The notes below the pieces were generated by a model. That model ran no database searches. It was not told the origin of the DNA and saw nothing but the letters and a program-made list of their open reading frames with translations. From positions 1 to 61,519 of the IMG/VR virus record IMGVR_UViG_3300042862_000334: a stretch of 61,519 bases of DNA; one strand, written 5' to 3'. The DNA is from a virus (lineage: Duplodnaviria > Caudoviricetes). This document shows positions 33,516 through 44,391 of this stretch, one piece after another; the first letter of the stretch is position 1, and each line of letters opens with the position of its first letter. A program made the position numbers and the translations under genes.

Positions 33516-34081
33516 TATAACGTTTTAAATTTCTCTATAAAATAATTTTCGTGCTTTTGGTAATATTGGTACAATCTTGAAGAGTGTAAATCAAAGCGCA
33601 CACTAAAAACAGATTCGCCCTTAAAAAAGAGATACTGTAAAACTTTTGAAAACTCCATCTCCTTTTCATCGTTAGCAAATGTCTGTATCAAAAATGCTAA
33701 TGCATTCTTTTCTATGCCACTTTCTGCCGAAAATTGAGCTATGAATTGTTTTGTCTTTTTTTGGTTCCCTAAACTCTTACCAGATGCTAAATATATGTTT
33801 TTTATCCACTCGAATATTCGCAATGAATCTTCTGTTACTTCAGCAATTGATAAGTTATTCAACAACTCAGAACCCTTTTTACTTAACCTAACATTATGTA
33901 AAGGATTATCTCCTTTTCTCCCTTTCACACTTGTTAATAGTCCAAGAGAGTTTAATCTGTTGAATGTTTGTTCTGTTAGTTCTTCTAAGACTGTCTTTTC
34001 TATTTGTTTTGCCGCGGCTAAAAAATAAATATCAGAATTTTCTAAACCGCTGTTCTTAAAAAGCTGAAAGTTTATGTACAT
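33515..34081 (-). CDS. Hypothetical protein (possible winged helix) coupled to the helicase
   Basis: Stop overlaps the helicase start. Confidence 0.55.
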   Translation of the reverse strand: MYINFQLFKNSGLENSDIYFLAAAKQIEKTVLEELTEQTFNRLNSLGLLTSVKGRKGDNPLHNVRLSKKGSELLNNLSIAEVTEDSLRIFEWIKNIYLASGKSLGNQKKTKQFIAQFSAESGIEKNALAFLIQTFANDEKEMEFSKVLQYLFFKGESVFSVRFDLHSSRLYQYYQKHENYFIEKFKTL

Positions 34082-34083
34082 TT

Positions 34084-34396
34084 TTAATTATTTTTTACGT
34101 AATCTCCATATTGTTGAGCCATAGCATCTGCAATACCTTGTTTACTTTTAAGTATTTTTGATTCTTTGGCGAAAAATGGAGTATTACATATTTTGCAATT
34201 ATAATTAGGAACTCTGTTAAATTTTATATCATACTCATAACAAGAGTAAGAGCAAAATTTTTCAGGGTAATTTCTTGTATTAGATACATAATTGGAATTA
34301 CCACATATTTTACAACATTTTTCCATAATATACTAATTCTGTTGCTTGTTTTGGTATAGTTGCGTTTGGATGTAATTTTTTAATTTTTACTTGCAT
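34084..34396 (-). pseudogene. Composite deletion scar (dUTPase N-terminus, zinc finger, methylase-like C-terminus)
   Basis: 34310-34396 = MQVKIKKLHPNATIPKQATE...; 34084-34326 = CxxC...FCSxxC...CxxC ending in GIADAMAQQYG. Confidence 0.5.
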
Positions 34397-34613
34397 AATT
34401 ATATTTTTCTGATTTTTTCGCCAAGGTCAAAATCATTTGGCGTTTTGTTAATTAACTCTTCTAAATCTTTTAACCAATTTGCAATGATGACATTATCGCT
34501 TTGTTTGGCTAAAAAAATAATATCGGATAGTGATAAATTACTCATTCTTTACTTTTTATTTGCGGCGTAATATTTAGTAAACCTATTGCTACTAAAAACC
34601 CAATTATTACTCA

Positions 34614-36558
34614 TTATTCTACAATTTTAATAAATTTACCACTACTATCTTCTAATCTTGTCAATTCAAATTTGCCGTCTAAAAAAGTTAAAACAGAGTT
34701 TAAATCAATCATTGAAAACAAACCATGAAAGGATTGTAAATTTATATTACTTCCACCATTCTCTATAAAATAGCTGTAAAACCATTCAATAGGATATTTT
34801 TGGGAGTTTCTTATTTTTATATATTCTTGTTTCATAATTAACTACACTGACAAGTGTCATAAGGATTGCTATTTAAATATGTTGACATCATTTGACATAA
34901 ATTACACTAATTTGTACAGGTCTTTTCTTCGTCTTCTATTATATTAATTTTTCTGTTTCTATTAGTCTTTTTACGGCGATTTTATCCTCAATAGATAACA
35001 ACCTAAAGAAGTCAAGAAAGTTTAAAACTTCTTTTGAGTATTGTTTCTCTGTTTCTTCCGACAACCTGTCTTCCCAATAATCTCTACTATTTGACATAAT
35101 AAATAAGTGCTCCTAAGATTAACAAAACTGTTCCTATAATGCTAAACGTTATTTTAGCTCTTTTGATGACTATTTTTCTCTCATCTAAATCTATTTCGCT
35201 CATAATTTATCTTTTAAAAATTCGTTTGCTTCCTACTCTGTCAATTCAACTCTACTCACCTTCTCATACTGCAAATATAGATAAGTTTTTGAGATATACA
35301 AGCTTTATTTCTAAATTTCTTTAAGGTTTAGTAATTATCCTATGTATTGTTGCTTCTGTTGTTTTTCTATCTCTTGCCCAAGCTTCTTCAAATTGTCCTT
35401 GTGCTATTTTATCAGGTATATTTAGAGGTGCTAAGTACTTAATATGCCTTTCATATTCATTTATTATTGATAAAGTTGTCTCTTGGTCAATTCCAAACAT
35501 TTTATTATAATTAGTTTGTACAATAGGGTCTAACTCTTTAATCAATTGTTTTATAAGCATTTTAACTTTTTGTTTGTTAAAAGGTGTTACTTGCAACCTT
35601 TCTAAGTTTTCTACCGACATTTGTAACGTAATGACAGTATCTAATAAAGTCATTGTATCTTCATTCTCCATCAGACTAAATTTATATTTTCTTCTTCTAT
35701 TTGTATTCTACTTAATTTTGATTCTACCACAATAAAACCTGTTTCTTTATACTCATTTATAGCTTCGTCAACTATACTTCTACTTATATTCATAAATTCA
35801 GCAACTTTTCTTGCACTTTTTCTTTTTAAGTAGAATTCTATTATTCTCAGTTTTCTTGGGTGATTCTTTTTACATCTTCTTTCAAAATGAGCTCTTGGAT
35901 TATAAGCCACTATTTCATCCACTTGTTCTTGAGTAAACCTTATTTCTCTGCCAACATATAACCCTTTTATTTTTAGTAAAAAAACTCTTCTGCTTATTGT
36001 AGAATAATTTATATTATGTTTTTCAGTTATCTGTCTATAGGTCATTTTTTAAACTTCTTTTCTTGCCGTGTAAAATATTGCTTTCGTCCGCCCAAGTTAA
36101 CAAACATGTTTCACAATTATTTAGCAATTCAAAATCGATGAAAAAATCTTCTTCGGCTAAATCATCTAAACTAAAGCTATAAATAGGTTCTACACCCTCT
36201 TCTAAAAGTAATATTAGGTGTTCACTTCCATATCCAATTACTGTTCCTACAACATCATCAGATAGTCTTACTAGTTTGTTTTTATATTTCTCGTAGAGTT
36301 TTTTCATTATTTTAAATTTTCTATCTTTTTATAAGTTTCATCTATTAATCTCACACAATCTTCTACATCTTTTGCTTTTTCTAAGCTCTTATCTAAGAAT
36401 GCTTTTAAACATTGTTGTATTGTTGAATAATAAAAAGGTTCTTCAAAGGTGTAAGTCTCCCCTTTGCTCTTACCATCTTTTCTTGTGCGGATTTCTGAAA
36501 ACACTAAAGTTGCGCCTTCTCCACTTGTGTCGATTCTAAAATTTTCTGTTATTTTCAT
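34614..36558 (-). CDS. Small hypothetical proteins (34614-34835, 35321-35671, 35671-36045 HTH-like, 36035-36307, 36307-36558)
   Basis: ORF track; 35671-36045 has SARKVAEFMNISRSIV, an HTH-like segment. Confidence 0.55.
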
Positions 36559-36563
36559 AGTTT

Positions 36564-36722
36564 TTATTTTTTAAGTTTTTCTAGTTCAGCTTTATAAGCC
36601 TCTATGAGTTTACCATTCTTTATAATTGTATCAGATATTAAACTTGGATATTGACTAATTGTGCGTTTAACATCATTTTTTAAATGTTCGATTATTATAA
36701 CTATTTCCTCATGTCTTTCCAT
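36564..36722 (-). CDS. 52-aa protein, paralogue of 46881-47039
   Basis: MERHEEIVIIIEHLKNDVKRTISQYPSLISDTIIKNGKLIEAYKAELEKLKK*, translated by hand. Confidence 0.6.
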   Translation of the reverse strand: MERHEEIVIIIEHLKNDVKRTISQYPSLISDTIIKNGKLIEAYKAELEKLKK

Positions 36723-36910
36723 ATAGTATTTGTTTTAAATTTATCTTCTGCAAATATACAACATTAATTTATATTGTGCAAGTGTTTATGCTTATTTATT
36801 ATTGTTCTAAATAATATTTCTGTTTTTAGTATTCTGACTTTTTTACATAACAATTTTCTCCAAATTACTTTAGAGAATTCTTTCTTGACCCAACTATTGA
36901 GAATATTATA

Positions 36911-37768
36911 TTATTGCTTAGATAGAAAGAAACAGAAATCAAAGTCTAAATGCTTTAATTCTTTTAGTTCTTTTGCGGGCTTATAAAATTCTGTTGTTGT
37001 GAATTTGGATATTAATTCTTTGTAAAGTTTTCCATTTTTAAAAACCAAGTTTCTGTATCCTGCATACCTTAAAGATAGGTATTCTTTTTGAGAACATTTC
37101 TTTATGAATTCAAACTGTCTTTTAGTTTTTATTATTCCTGCCGAAACTAATTTATTTTTCCAATATTTCCCGCTCCCTTTACTTTTTGTTTCTCCAAATT
37201 TTAATTTTGAAAATCCTTGATTAGATAAAACTGTATTAGCATTGAATGTATCTTGGTTTTGAGCGTATTCTTTATCCGCATCTCTCCAAGAATTTCTAAA
37301 CTTGAATTGTTGTGCTGTTAAAGTGTAGCCTTTAGCCATTTTCTCAATTATCTTATTTTGCTCGTGTCTTCTATCAATTCGATTCTTTTGTTGTTGCTCT
37401 ATTCTAAAAACTCTCACTCTGAAACTGAATAATTTTGTTTCTTGGTAAGAAGATATTTCTATTGGAACAACCTTTTTACTACCATATTTTTTATTAATTT
37501 TGTTTGTACCTATTAAAACAAAGTTTCCTTTAGTATCAAAATAACATAGTTTTTCTTTGATTAGTATCTTTATGTATTTTCTTAATGTTGTTACTGATAT
37601 ATCAGTTTTTTGTTTTAAAGTGTGGTATATGTTTCTGTTCTCTTTATAAATTTTTATTTCTCCATTTTTACCATATTTTAGTTTAGCATATATAGCCAAC
37701 AAATTATCACCGCCGACTTCAAATAAGTCAGAATATAGCTTTGAGTTAATGTTGGTGTAGTGTTGCAT
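36911..37768 (-). CDS. Basic winged-HTH DNA-binding protein (possible replication initiator)
   Basis: LKQKTDISVTTLRKYIKILIKEKL HTH-like segment; likely start is MQHY at 37768. Confidence 0.5.
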   Translation of the reverse strand: MQHYTNINSKLYSDLFEVGGDNLLAIYAKLKYGKNGEIKIYKENRNIYHTLKQKTDISVTTLRKYIKILIKEKLCYFDTKGNFVLIGTNKINKKYGSKKVVPIEISSYQETKLFSFRVRVFRIEQQQKNRIDRRHEQNKIIEKMAKGYTLTAQQFKFRNSWRDADKEYAQNQDTFNANTVLSNQGFSKLKFGETKSKGSGKYWKNKLVSAGIIKTKRQFEFIKKCSQKEYLSLRYAGYRNLVFKNGKLYKELISKFTTTEFYKPAKELKELKHLDFDFCFFLSKQ

Positions 37769-37786
37769 TGTATATAAATAAAAAAT

Positions 37787-37974
37787 GTCCTGAACGCAAA
37801 AATGAGACAAGAGCCACCACGCATCTTAAATCTCAATCTTTGTTTCAGGACGAACCTTACTATCTTAAATTGACTTTGGTGGTGGACAAAATCTTATATT
37901 TTCCGCTAAAAAAGTAAAAACAGAATAATCTATTTCTACCCTACAAAAATACAACAAAAACTGTAAACAACAAA
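37787..37974 (-). promoter_or_regulatory. Promoter plus two-hairpin kissing-loop 5' leader
   Basis: TTTG-N19-TATTTTTG (37974-37944); hairpins at 37787-37851 and 37872-37893 with loops CCACCAC/GTGGTGG. Confidence 0.6.
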
Positions 37975-38246
37975 ATTCGTTATATTATATAAAACAAAAG
38001 TACGACTTTTTATTCACACCTACAAAAACCTTATAAAGTTACTTTGTAATTAAGAAAACTCCAATCTACACAATGTATAACCGTTGTTAATACAACTGTA
38101 AGTTTAAAACAAAAATATAACCAAAGTAAAAGTCCTCTTCCTATTTAAGAATTCTATACAATCTTGTTATTAAAGAGTGCCTTACTTTTCTTCTGCAAAT
38201 ATACAACATTAATCTAAGAAATCAAAAAAACTAAAATTGGTTGTCA

Positions 38247-38966
38247 TTATTTAAATACTTTGTTATAAATAGCCCAGTATTCTGCAATCTTTTTAGCTGT
38301 TTCATCTACTTTCTTTAAAAATTTTTCCGCCCGCTCTCTTGAATATGGTGTATCAATATATTCAATATCTCCAGTTAGCCTTAAAACATTTTTATTGCCA
38401 GACTCAAGCGTATTCCCCTTCCTATCAAATAATATTACTTTTGAACTGTTTATTTCAAAACCCTCTTCTTCTAAAGCATAACAATACATTGTAGTTTGAT
38501 TATAATCTTCTGATGCATATTCTTTAGCTTTTTTCTCTATTGACCCTGTTTTAAAATCTATAACATCTGCTTTTTTATTTTTTACGCCGAAAATTCTGTC
38601 TACAAAACCGTACAAAATGTAAGAACCCCTGTCGATTAAAACCTCTCTCTCATATTCAGCTAAAGCATTACCTGGAATCTCTTTATCTAATACTTCCATA
38701 TCAAACTGAGAAAGATAAGGTTGCTCTAATCCTGTTTCTTGGTATGTACCCACAGAGCTACCAAACTCTGTGAAAATTGAACCTTCACTTGGAATACCTA
38801 AAAACTTATTAGCTAACCATTCTCCTCTATAACCCTCTTCATTAAAAGCTGTATAAGTAGAATAAGACATTGCTGGTCTACCAATGTATTTTTTATATCT
38901 TTCTGGTACAGGATTATTTGGACGTTCTTTATAAATACTTGGTAGTATTAGTTGTTTATTTGCCAT
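38247..38966 (-). CDS. PD-(D/E)xK RecB/Cas4-like exonuclease
   Basis: SYS, YERE, GFVDRI, IDFKTG, QTTMY. Confidence 0.8.
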   Translation of the reverse strand: MANKQLILPSIYKERPNNPVPERYKKYIGRPAMSYSTYTAFNEEGYRGEWLANKFLGIPSEGSIFTEFGSSVGTYQETGLEQPYLSQFDMEVLDKEIPGNALAEYEREVLIDRGSYILYGFVDRIFGVKNKKADVIDFKTGSIEKKAKEYASEDYNQTTMYCYALEEEGFEINSSKVILFDRKGNTLESGNKNVLRLTGDIEYIDTPYSRERAEKFLKKVDETAKKIAEYWAIYNKVFK

Positions 38967-39936
38967 TTACTAGTTGTTTAATTTCTAATTTTTTCTGTTC
39001 TTTTACTTCTGGTTTGTCCGAGGAAAACATGGTATTGTTAACATAAAGACTTGTTAAGATATCTTCTACAATTTCTTTATCTTTTTTAGTTAATTTAGAT
39101 TTACTTAACTTCTGTTCTATTTTTTCTTTTGTCGCCGAATCAATAGAAACAGCTTTATAGATGCGTTGTAATAGCGGTACCTCTTCTACGAAAGTTTCAT
39201 TTGAATTATTTTCTGTTTTATCTATAACTTTTCTAATAAAACCTTTTCTGCCTTGCAAGGCGCAAAACAATTCAGCAACAGCTTTAACATCTTTCTTGCA
39301 GTATTCTGAAATTCTACTAATGCCGTCTTTCTCTTCATAATAAACTCTTGAAACATCTGCTCCAGAAATATCGTCTTTAGGTGTATCAATACCTGCCAAC
39401 ATACACATTGAATCTAAAGATAAGTTGTAGTAATAAGTACCTTTTGTAATATCCATAGTGTCCATAAAGTTGTCCGCCAATACCCATGGTTTTTGTTGAC
39501 TATCACTATGTTTGTCTGAAAGAATAGATAAATCAACACCACTTTCAAATGCTTTTAAGCGAATTGTTGGCATATCAAATTGAATAATATTATGACCGCA
39601 AGGAATAAAACCTGTTGAGTTTAACATTGTGTAGAACTGCTCTATAATGTCTTTCTGTTCGCCTAAAAGAGATTTTAAAAATAGATTATTATCTTTAATA
39701 AAACCTACAGTTATACAAACTATTTTATTAAATGCTGGGTCTAAAGCACCGTTTAGTTTGTAATGCTCTAAGACTTCATTTGCTGGTGGTAGTTTTGATG
39801 TTTCTTTATCTCTTAACTTCCAAGCATATAAATCATATTCTTTTGAATTAATGTCTAATACATCGTTTCTACGTGTAGTTTCTATGTCTAGAAATAATAG
39901 TTTTTCTAAATCTTGTTTTCTTACTCTGTTATTCAT
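38956..39936 (-). CDS. DEDDy 3'-5' exonuclease (PolB-exo2-like)
   Basis: FLDIET, GHNIIQFD, MDTM, YCKKDV. Confidence 0.8.
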   Translation of the reverse strand: MNNRVRKQDLEKLLFLDIETTRRNDVLDINSKEYDLYAWKLRDKETSKLPPANEVLEHYKLNGALDPAFNKIVCITVGFIKDNNLFLKSLLGEQKDIIEQFYTMLNSTGFIPCGHNIIQFDMPTIRLKAFESGVDLSILSDKHSDSQQKPWVLADNFMDTMDITKGTYYYNLSLDSMCMLAGIDTPKDDISGADVSRVYYEEKDGISRISEYCKKDVKAVAELFCALQGRKGFIRKVIDKTENNSNETFVEEVPLLQRIYKAVSIDSATKEKIEQKLSKSKLTKKDKEIVEDILTSLYVNNTMFSSDKPEVKEQKKLEIKQLVNGK

Positions 39937-40816
39937 TTTTTATTTGTTTTATTAAGTTTTTAATTCCTCTGCCGTCTTTTATTGATTTACCTGTATGCCA
40001 ACCAGAGTATGGAAATATTGTTACTTTTTCGCCGCGAAAAAAAAATGAAAAAGAAGAGGAACTGATATCAAAAATATCAAATCCTAAATCAGAAACAGCA
40101 TTAGAAGCATATTCAAATCTTTTAGGTTCTAATTCTATTTGTTTTTCTTTATCTAATCTCATTTTTTAAATACAATTTCTTTTTCAATTTTACCATTAAC
40201 CAATCTACTAACTGTTGCTTCTTTTATATCATTTTCTTGATTGGTTAGAGAAACTATTTCAGATACAAATTTTTCATAATCTTCTTCTGTTTCTAATGTT
40301 CCGCAACTAGCCCCAACGCTTGATTCAACACGATAAGCACCAAAAGGATTTTCAATATGTTTTTCTTCTCTAATTACATTATCAACAGCTAACTCCTTAC
40401 TTTCATCCAACTTTATCATCTTACCTTGCTCATCTCTTTTTATGGTAAAAGACCTATGATATCCACAATCTGGACAATTTACATATTCCTCTCCTGTTTT
40501 GTAGTAGTAGTCCTCAAAGCACTCTTCGCTTTTACAGTTTGGGCACTCTATATTTCCAATTACACTTCCCATAGTTTTAATATACTTTTAATTCTTCTTT
40601 ACCTGTGTTTAACCAAGCTTCTATATTATTTGTACTACGAATTGATTCATTGTTATCCATCCAATAGAATAACTGGTATCTTAAATCACTATGTGCTAAT
40701 CTTTTCTTTTCGCCGAAAAAAGATTTAAAAGAAACCTCAAATATTACAGAAGTTCCATTTTTCTCTATTAATTTTAAATTAGTAATTTTCATATTTTTAA
40801 TTTTTATCTTCCGCAA
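39929..40816 (-). CDS. Three hypothetical proteins (39929-40162; 40159-40572 with a zinc ribbon; 40577-40792/40816)
   Basis: ORF track; CPNC...CPDC in the middle ORF. Confidence 0.55.
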
Positions 40817-40832
40817 ATATACGAAATTATTT

Positions 40833-41630
40833 TTAAATAGGCAAATTTATTTTACCTAAAGTTTTATTTGAAACGTGACAATAAATCTGAGTTGTTCTAA
40901 TGTTCTGATGTCCAGCTAATTGTCTTATTATTTGCAAATCTGTTCCTGATTCTAAAAGTGTTGTAAAACTACTATGACGTAGCAAGTGAAAATGATAGTC
41001 CTTACCTATATATTTTTTAACTATCTCGTTACAACTTCTGTGAGAATATTGCAGACCAAACTGCCCGTTAAACAAGAACTCTTTCGGTGTATACTCCTTA
41101 AAATATTCGCGTAAAAGATTTAAAACAACAGAAGATAAAGGTACAAACCTGTCCTTTCTTCCTTTACCGTTTTTAATTAAAATCAACATCCTTTTAGAAT
41201 CAATATCTTCTAATTTTAAATTACAAACTTCACTAACTCGCATCCCTGTAGAGAAAGCTAAAGTGATTATTGCTTTGTGCTTCAAATTCTCAATTTTTGA
41301 AATCTTATCTAACAAAAAATCTTTATCAATTACTCTTGGTAGTTTCTTTTCAGTTTTTGGTCTTTCTATTTTGTTTAGATGAACATCTTTTTTATTTAAA
41401 ATATATCGCGCAAAAAGCTTCAAACAACCAATAAACTGATTTTGTTGAGCAACAGATGAAAATTCCCTACTTTCAAGAAAACAAACAATGTCTTTAGTTG
41501 AAACTTTGTATGGGTCTTTACAATTTATTTCTTTTAGATATTGAAAAAGTACTTGTTTATAAACCTTAATTGTGTTTTGAGAATAGTTTTTATATCTCAA
41601 TTTATTTTCAAAAATTTCGAGAACTTTCAT
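40833..41630 (-). CDS. Tyrosine recombinase (XerD/IntI-related, no IntI-specific insertion)
   Basis: N-terminal YSQNTIKVY SAM-like domain; catalytic set GMRVSE, GKGRKDR, HLLRH, AGH, TTQIY. Start MKVLEIF is supported by the truncated paralogue. Confidence 0.92.
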   Translation of the reverse strand: MKVLEIFENKLRYKNYSQNTIKVYKQVLFQYLKEINCKDPYKVSTKDIVCFLESREFSSVAQQNQFIGCLKLFARYILNKKDVHLNKIERPKTEKKLPRVIDKDFLLDKISKIENLKHKAIITLAFSTGMRVSEVCNLKLEDIDSKRMLILIKNGKGRKDRFVPLSSVVLNLLREYFKEYTPKEFLFNGQFGLQYSHRSCNEIVKKYIGKDYHFHLLRHSSFTTLLESGTDLQIIRQLAGHQNIRTTQIYCHVSNKTLGKINLPI

Positions 41631-41636
41631 AGTTTG

Positions 41637-41686
41637 AGTATTGATTTTATTGATGTTTTTTATTAGTTGAGTATATATAATAGTTA
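41637..41686 (+). other. attI-like site of cassette array 2
   Basis: GTTGAGT (41666) and GTTATAAG (41683) are 17 bp apart with no hairpin; the core is identical to array 1. Confidence 0.75.
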
Positions 41687-41696
41687 TAAGCAAGTG

Positions 41697-42446
41697 CTAC
41701 ATTTCGTTTTCAAATAGAGATTGTGCTTGTAAATCTTTTTCTTTTCTTTTTTCTTCCCACGCTTTTTTAATACGTTCTTCTGAAATCTTGAAATAGTTTT
41801 CATCAAGTTCAACACCAATGTATTGTCTGTTTGATAATAAACTTGCAATACAAGTCGCACCCACACCCATAAAAGGTTCAAAAACTATTTCGTTTTCTTT
41901 TGATGAATTTTCAATTAGAATTTTCATCAACTCAACAGGCTTTTCTGTGTCGTGTAAATTTTTACCATCATCGTCTTTTGTTTTTTTATTTGGTATAGAA
42001 AGTATATCAGCAGTTCCACAATTATTTATTTTTACACCTGCACCTTTTCTAAAAAATAAGATATACTCAAATTGCGACATATAGTATTGACCCATTATCT
42101 TGTTTCCTTTATCCCATATAATTGACTTTATGAAGTGAAACCCTATATCAGTCAAAACATTAAGATATTCTTGCAGGTTTTTATGATTAGTCATTATATA
42201 GCAATGACCTGTTTCTTTTAGAACTTGATATAATTTTTCTCCCCATATTTTTACGTGAGTATCATTTTTTTCAAATACTTTACCTTTTTTATTAATATCT
42301 TTTTGCAACATTCCACCGCTATTTCCAGCACAACCTCTTGCAGTTGTTGGATATGGTGGGTCTGTTACAATTAAATCAACCTTATACTCCTTAGCAATCA
42401 TTCTATCTATTATTGCTATTGCATTATCATTAAATATTTTGTTCAT
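41697..42446 (-). CDS. N6-A/N4-C DNA methyltransferase (beta class), first cassette
   Basis: TDPPY, HDTEKP, EPFMGVG. Confidence 0.85.
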   Translation of the reverse strand: MNKIFNDNAIAIIDRMIAKEYKVDLIVTDPPYPTTARGCAGNSGGMLQKDINKKGKVFEKNDTHVKIWGEKLYQVLKETGHCYIMTNHKNLQEYLNVLTDIGFHFIKSIIWDKGNKIMGQYYMSQFEYILFFRKGAGVKINNCGTADILSIPNKKTKDDDGKNLHDTEKPVELMKILIENSSKENEIVFEPFMGVGATCIASLLSNRQYIGVELDENYFKISEERIKKAWEEKRKEKDLQAQSLFENEM

Positions 42447-42753
42447 TTTTCTTTATTTTTAAATTTTTATTTTCCCCGCACAAAAAAGAAAAGAAAAAGG
42501 TTTCGTCTTTCAAATCAAGTTCTGTGCTATAAAACCGCACCAGCTTATAACAGCGTGTATATGCAAGTGGTGGTTCTGTGGTTTATTCAACATTTGTTTT
42601 CTTATCAAACTTTCTACTGTATTGAAAGGTAAGTGCTTCTAATCACCACCTGACATATACACGCAAAACGTTATAAGTAACTTTAACCGAAGCTGTCCAA
42701 AAGATAATTCTGCTAAAAAGCTGTATAAATTTCTTTCTGCTTCGGAAAAGCTA

Positions 42754-43019
42754 CTATTTTTCTATAAAGTATGTATTTTTAAAAACTATATATGCTTTTC
42801 TATTCATAATAATTGTCTTTTCTCCGTACTTTTTACCCAACCATTCCACTATAAAAAATGGTAGTATTTTATAAATATTTCGTATCATAATTAAAAAGAT
42901 AAATCTTTGTTACTATTTTCTAAATCCTCTTTCAAACTTTCTAAAACTAACTCAATAATTTCAGATGGAATTTCTTCCCCATTTAAAAATTTTTCTTTAT
43001 AATCTTTTAAATATCCCAT
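42754..43019 (-). CDS. Two ~44-aa ORFs in cassette 2
   Basis: MGYLKDYKEKFLNGEEIPSEII... and MIRNIYKILPFFIVEWLGKKYGEK..., translated by hand; ends approximate. Confidence 0.45.
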
Positions 43020-43222
43020 AATAAAAGCTACTTATAACAGTGGTTTTGCTCAATGGCTATTTCAGGCAAAATTTATACACTGTTTTGTGTTTGTAAAATT
43101 TGTTTTTAATTCAATAATTTAGGATTGCTTTTCAGCCACTAAGCAAAGCCACGAAACGTTATAAGTAACCCTACGGGTCGCTATCGCTTACTTATAACAC
43201 GGGCTAAAACAAAATAAATTTG

Positions 43223-43435
43223 CTATCGTCCGTGCAAATATTCATCGTGGCGGTTTTCATAATCCACTTTTTTACTTTCGGTTTGTTTTGCTTCTTCAGT
43301 TTCTAATTCATAGCAGTATGAATGAAAGTTTGCGTTTCTAAATGTCATTGGAGATTCTGCATTAAAAGCAAAACCAGCATCGTAGTCGTGGATTTCTATT
43401 TTCTCTTTACAAACTTTACATTTCATAATCCGCAA
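43223..43435 (-). CDS. ~70-aa Cys/His protein nested in an attC-like loop
   Basis: CKVC...FHSYC; lies between hairpin arms 43200-43223 and 43432-43455. Confidence 0.6.
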   Translation of the reverse strand: MRIMKCKVCKEKIEIHDYDAGFAFNAESPMTFRNANFHSYCYELETEEAKQTESKKVDYENRHDEYLHGR

Positions 43436-43473
43436 ATTTTACTTCGTTTAGCCCGAAACCGTTAGCGGTAATA

Positions 43474-43710
43474 CTATGACAGTGCTTCAAATCTAATTCT
43501 GTGGTTATAAAAATCGCCATCTCCTCCAGCGTGTACAGCATATTTTTGACCATCGCCATTTTCAACTTCTGCATAAGTTCCATCTTCTAATGTAATTTGT
43601 GCTTCATCATCAAATCTTGCATAGAAATGTTTATTTTCATTTAAAAAAAATGCCATAGTATCGCTATTTGTTGGCATTGGCTCTATTGTTGAGAATCTAT
43701 AATCTTCCAT
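43474..43710 (-). CDS. Hypothetical cassette protein
   Basis: Fills cassette 4. Confidence 0.65.
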   Translation of the reverse strand: MEDYRFSTIEPMPTNSDTMAFFLNENKHFYARFDDEAQITLEDGTYAEVENGDGQKYAVHAGGDGDFYNHRIRFEALS

Positions 43711-43884
43711 TTTGTATGTTTTAAATTATTAATAATAAGTACTACCGCTAACAAGGGTTTTATGAAATTGGGGCTTCGGTGCTTAATTTTGGCTTTTGGT
43801 ATTCTATTGAACTTTGGTGCTTTATTCAACATTCGGTTTTCAAAAACCCCAACTTCATAAAGCCCCGAGACGTTATAAGCCATT

Positions 43885-44256
43885 TTAGGACGACACACCG
43901 TTAATAGAAAGTAAATTTTCCCAACCACAAGAAACATCATAACCTAAATCATCGGCTTGGTTTACAGTCAATGCTTTTAATTCAATTGTTTCAGTTGGTT
44001 CTTTTGGCATTTCTTTATAATCCCACCATTCCGAACCATCATACTCGCCTCTTTCAAGCCACCAATTTTCGCCAACCACTAATAAATCTTGTGCAACTTT
44101 AGATGAACCAAATCCACTTTCATAATCAACATCAGCAGTTTTTTTGAAATCTTCCCAAGTTGTTTTATGAGTTGAAGTTCCTACCCATTTTACATCAGTT
44201 TCTTTTTTGTTATTACTCTCTAATAATTCAAGAGTTTCTTTTAATAAATTGCTCAT
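43885..44256 (-). CDS. Conserved phage hypothetical cassette protein
   Basis: DYESGFG...WWLERGEYDGSEWW pattern. Confidence 0.65.
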   Translation of the reverse strand: MSNLLKETLELLESNNKKETDVKWVGTSTHKTTWEDFKKTADVDYESGFGSSKVAQDLLVVGENWWLERGEYDGSEWWDYKEMPKEPTETIELKALTVNQADDLGYDVSCGWENLLSINGVSS

Positions 44257-44391
44257 TGTTTTTTAATTATATTGTTACGCCAAACACGAATAAAAACGGC
44301 TTATAACAGTGGTTTGGCAAAATACCGCCACAAGCCTTTGTACTATAATTCAACATTTGTGCAAGGCGGTACTTCGCCAAGCCACCAAACG

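Noticed and set aside
38247-38966. cas4 as part of a CRISPR system
   Set aside because: No Fe-S cysteine set, no array and no other cas genes; it is a typical stand-alone phage exonuclease
40833-41630. Calling the recombinase intI, xerC/D or a prophage integrase
   Set aside because: It lacks the IntI insertion, no repressor/excisionase or dif context was seen, and it is linked to cassette sites; left without a symbol
43683-43940. 85-aa minus-strand ORF, and 41684-41881
   Set aside because: These read through an attC-like site or overlap real genes in another frame; likely shadow ORFs
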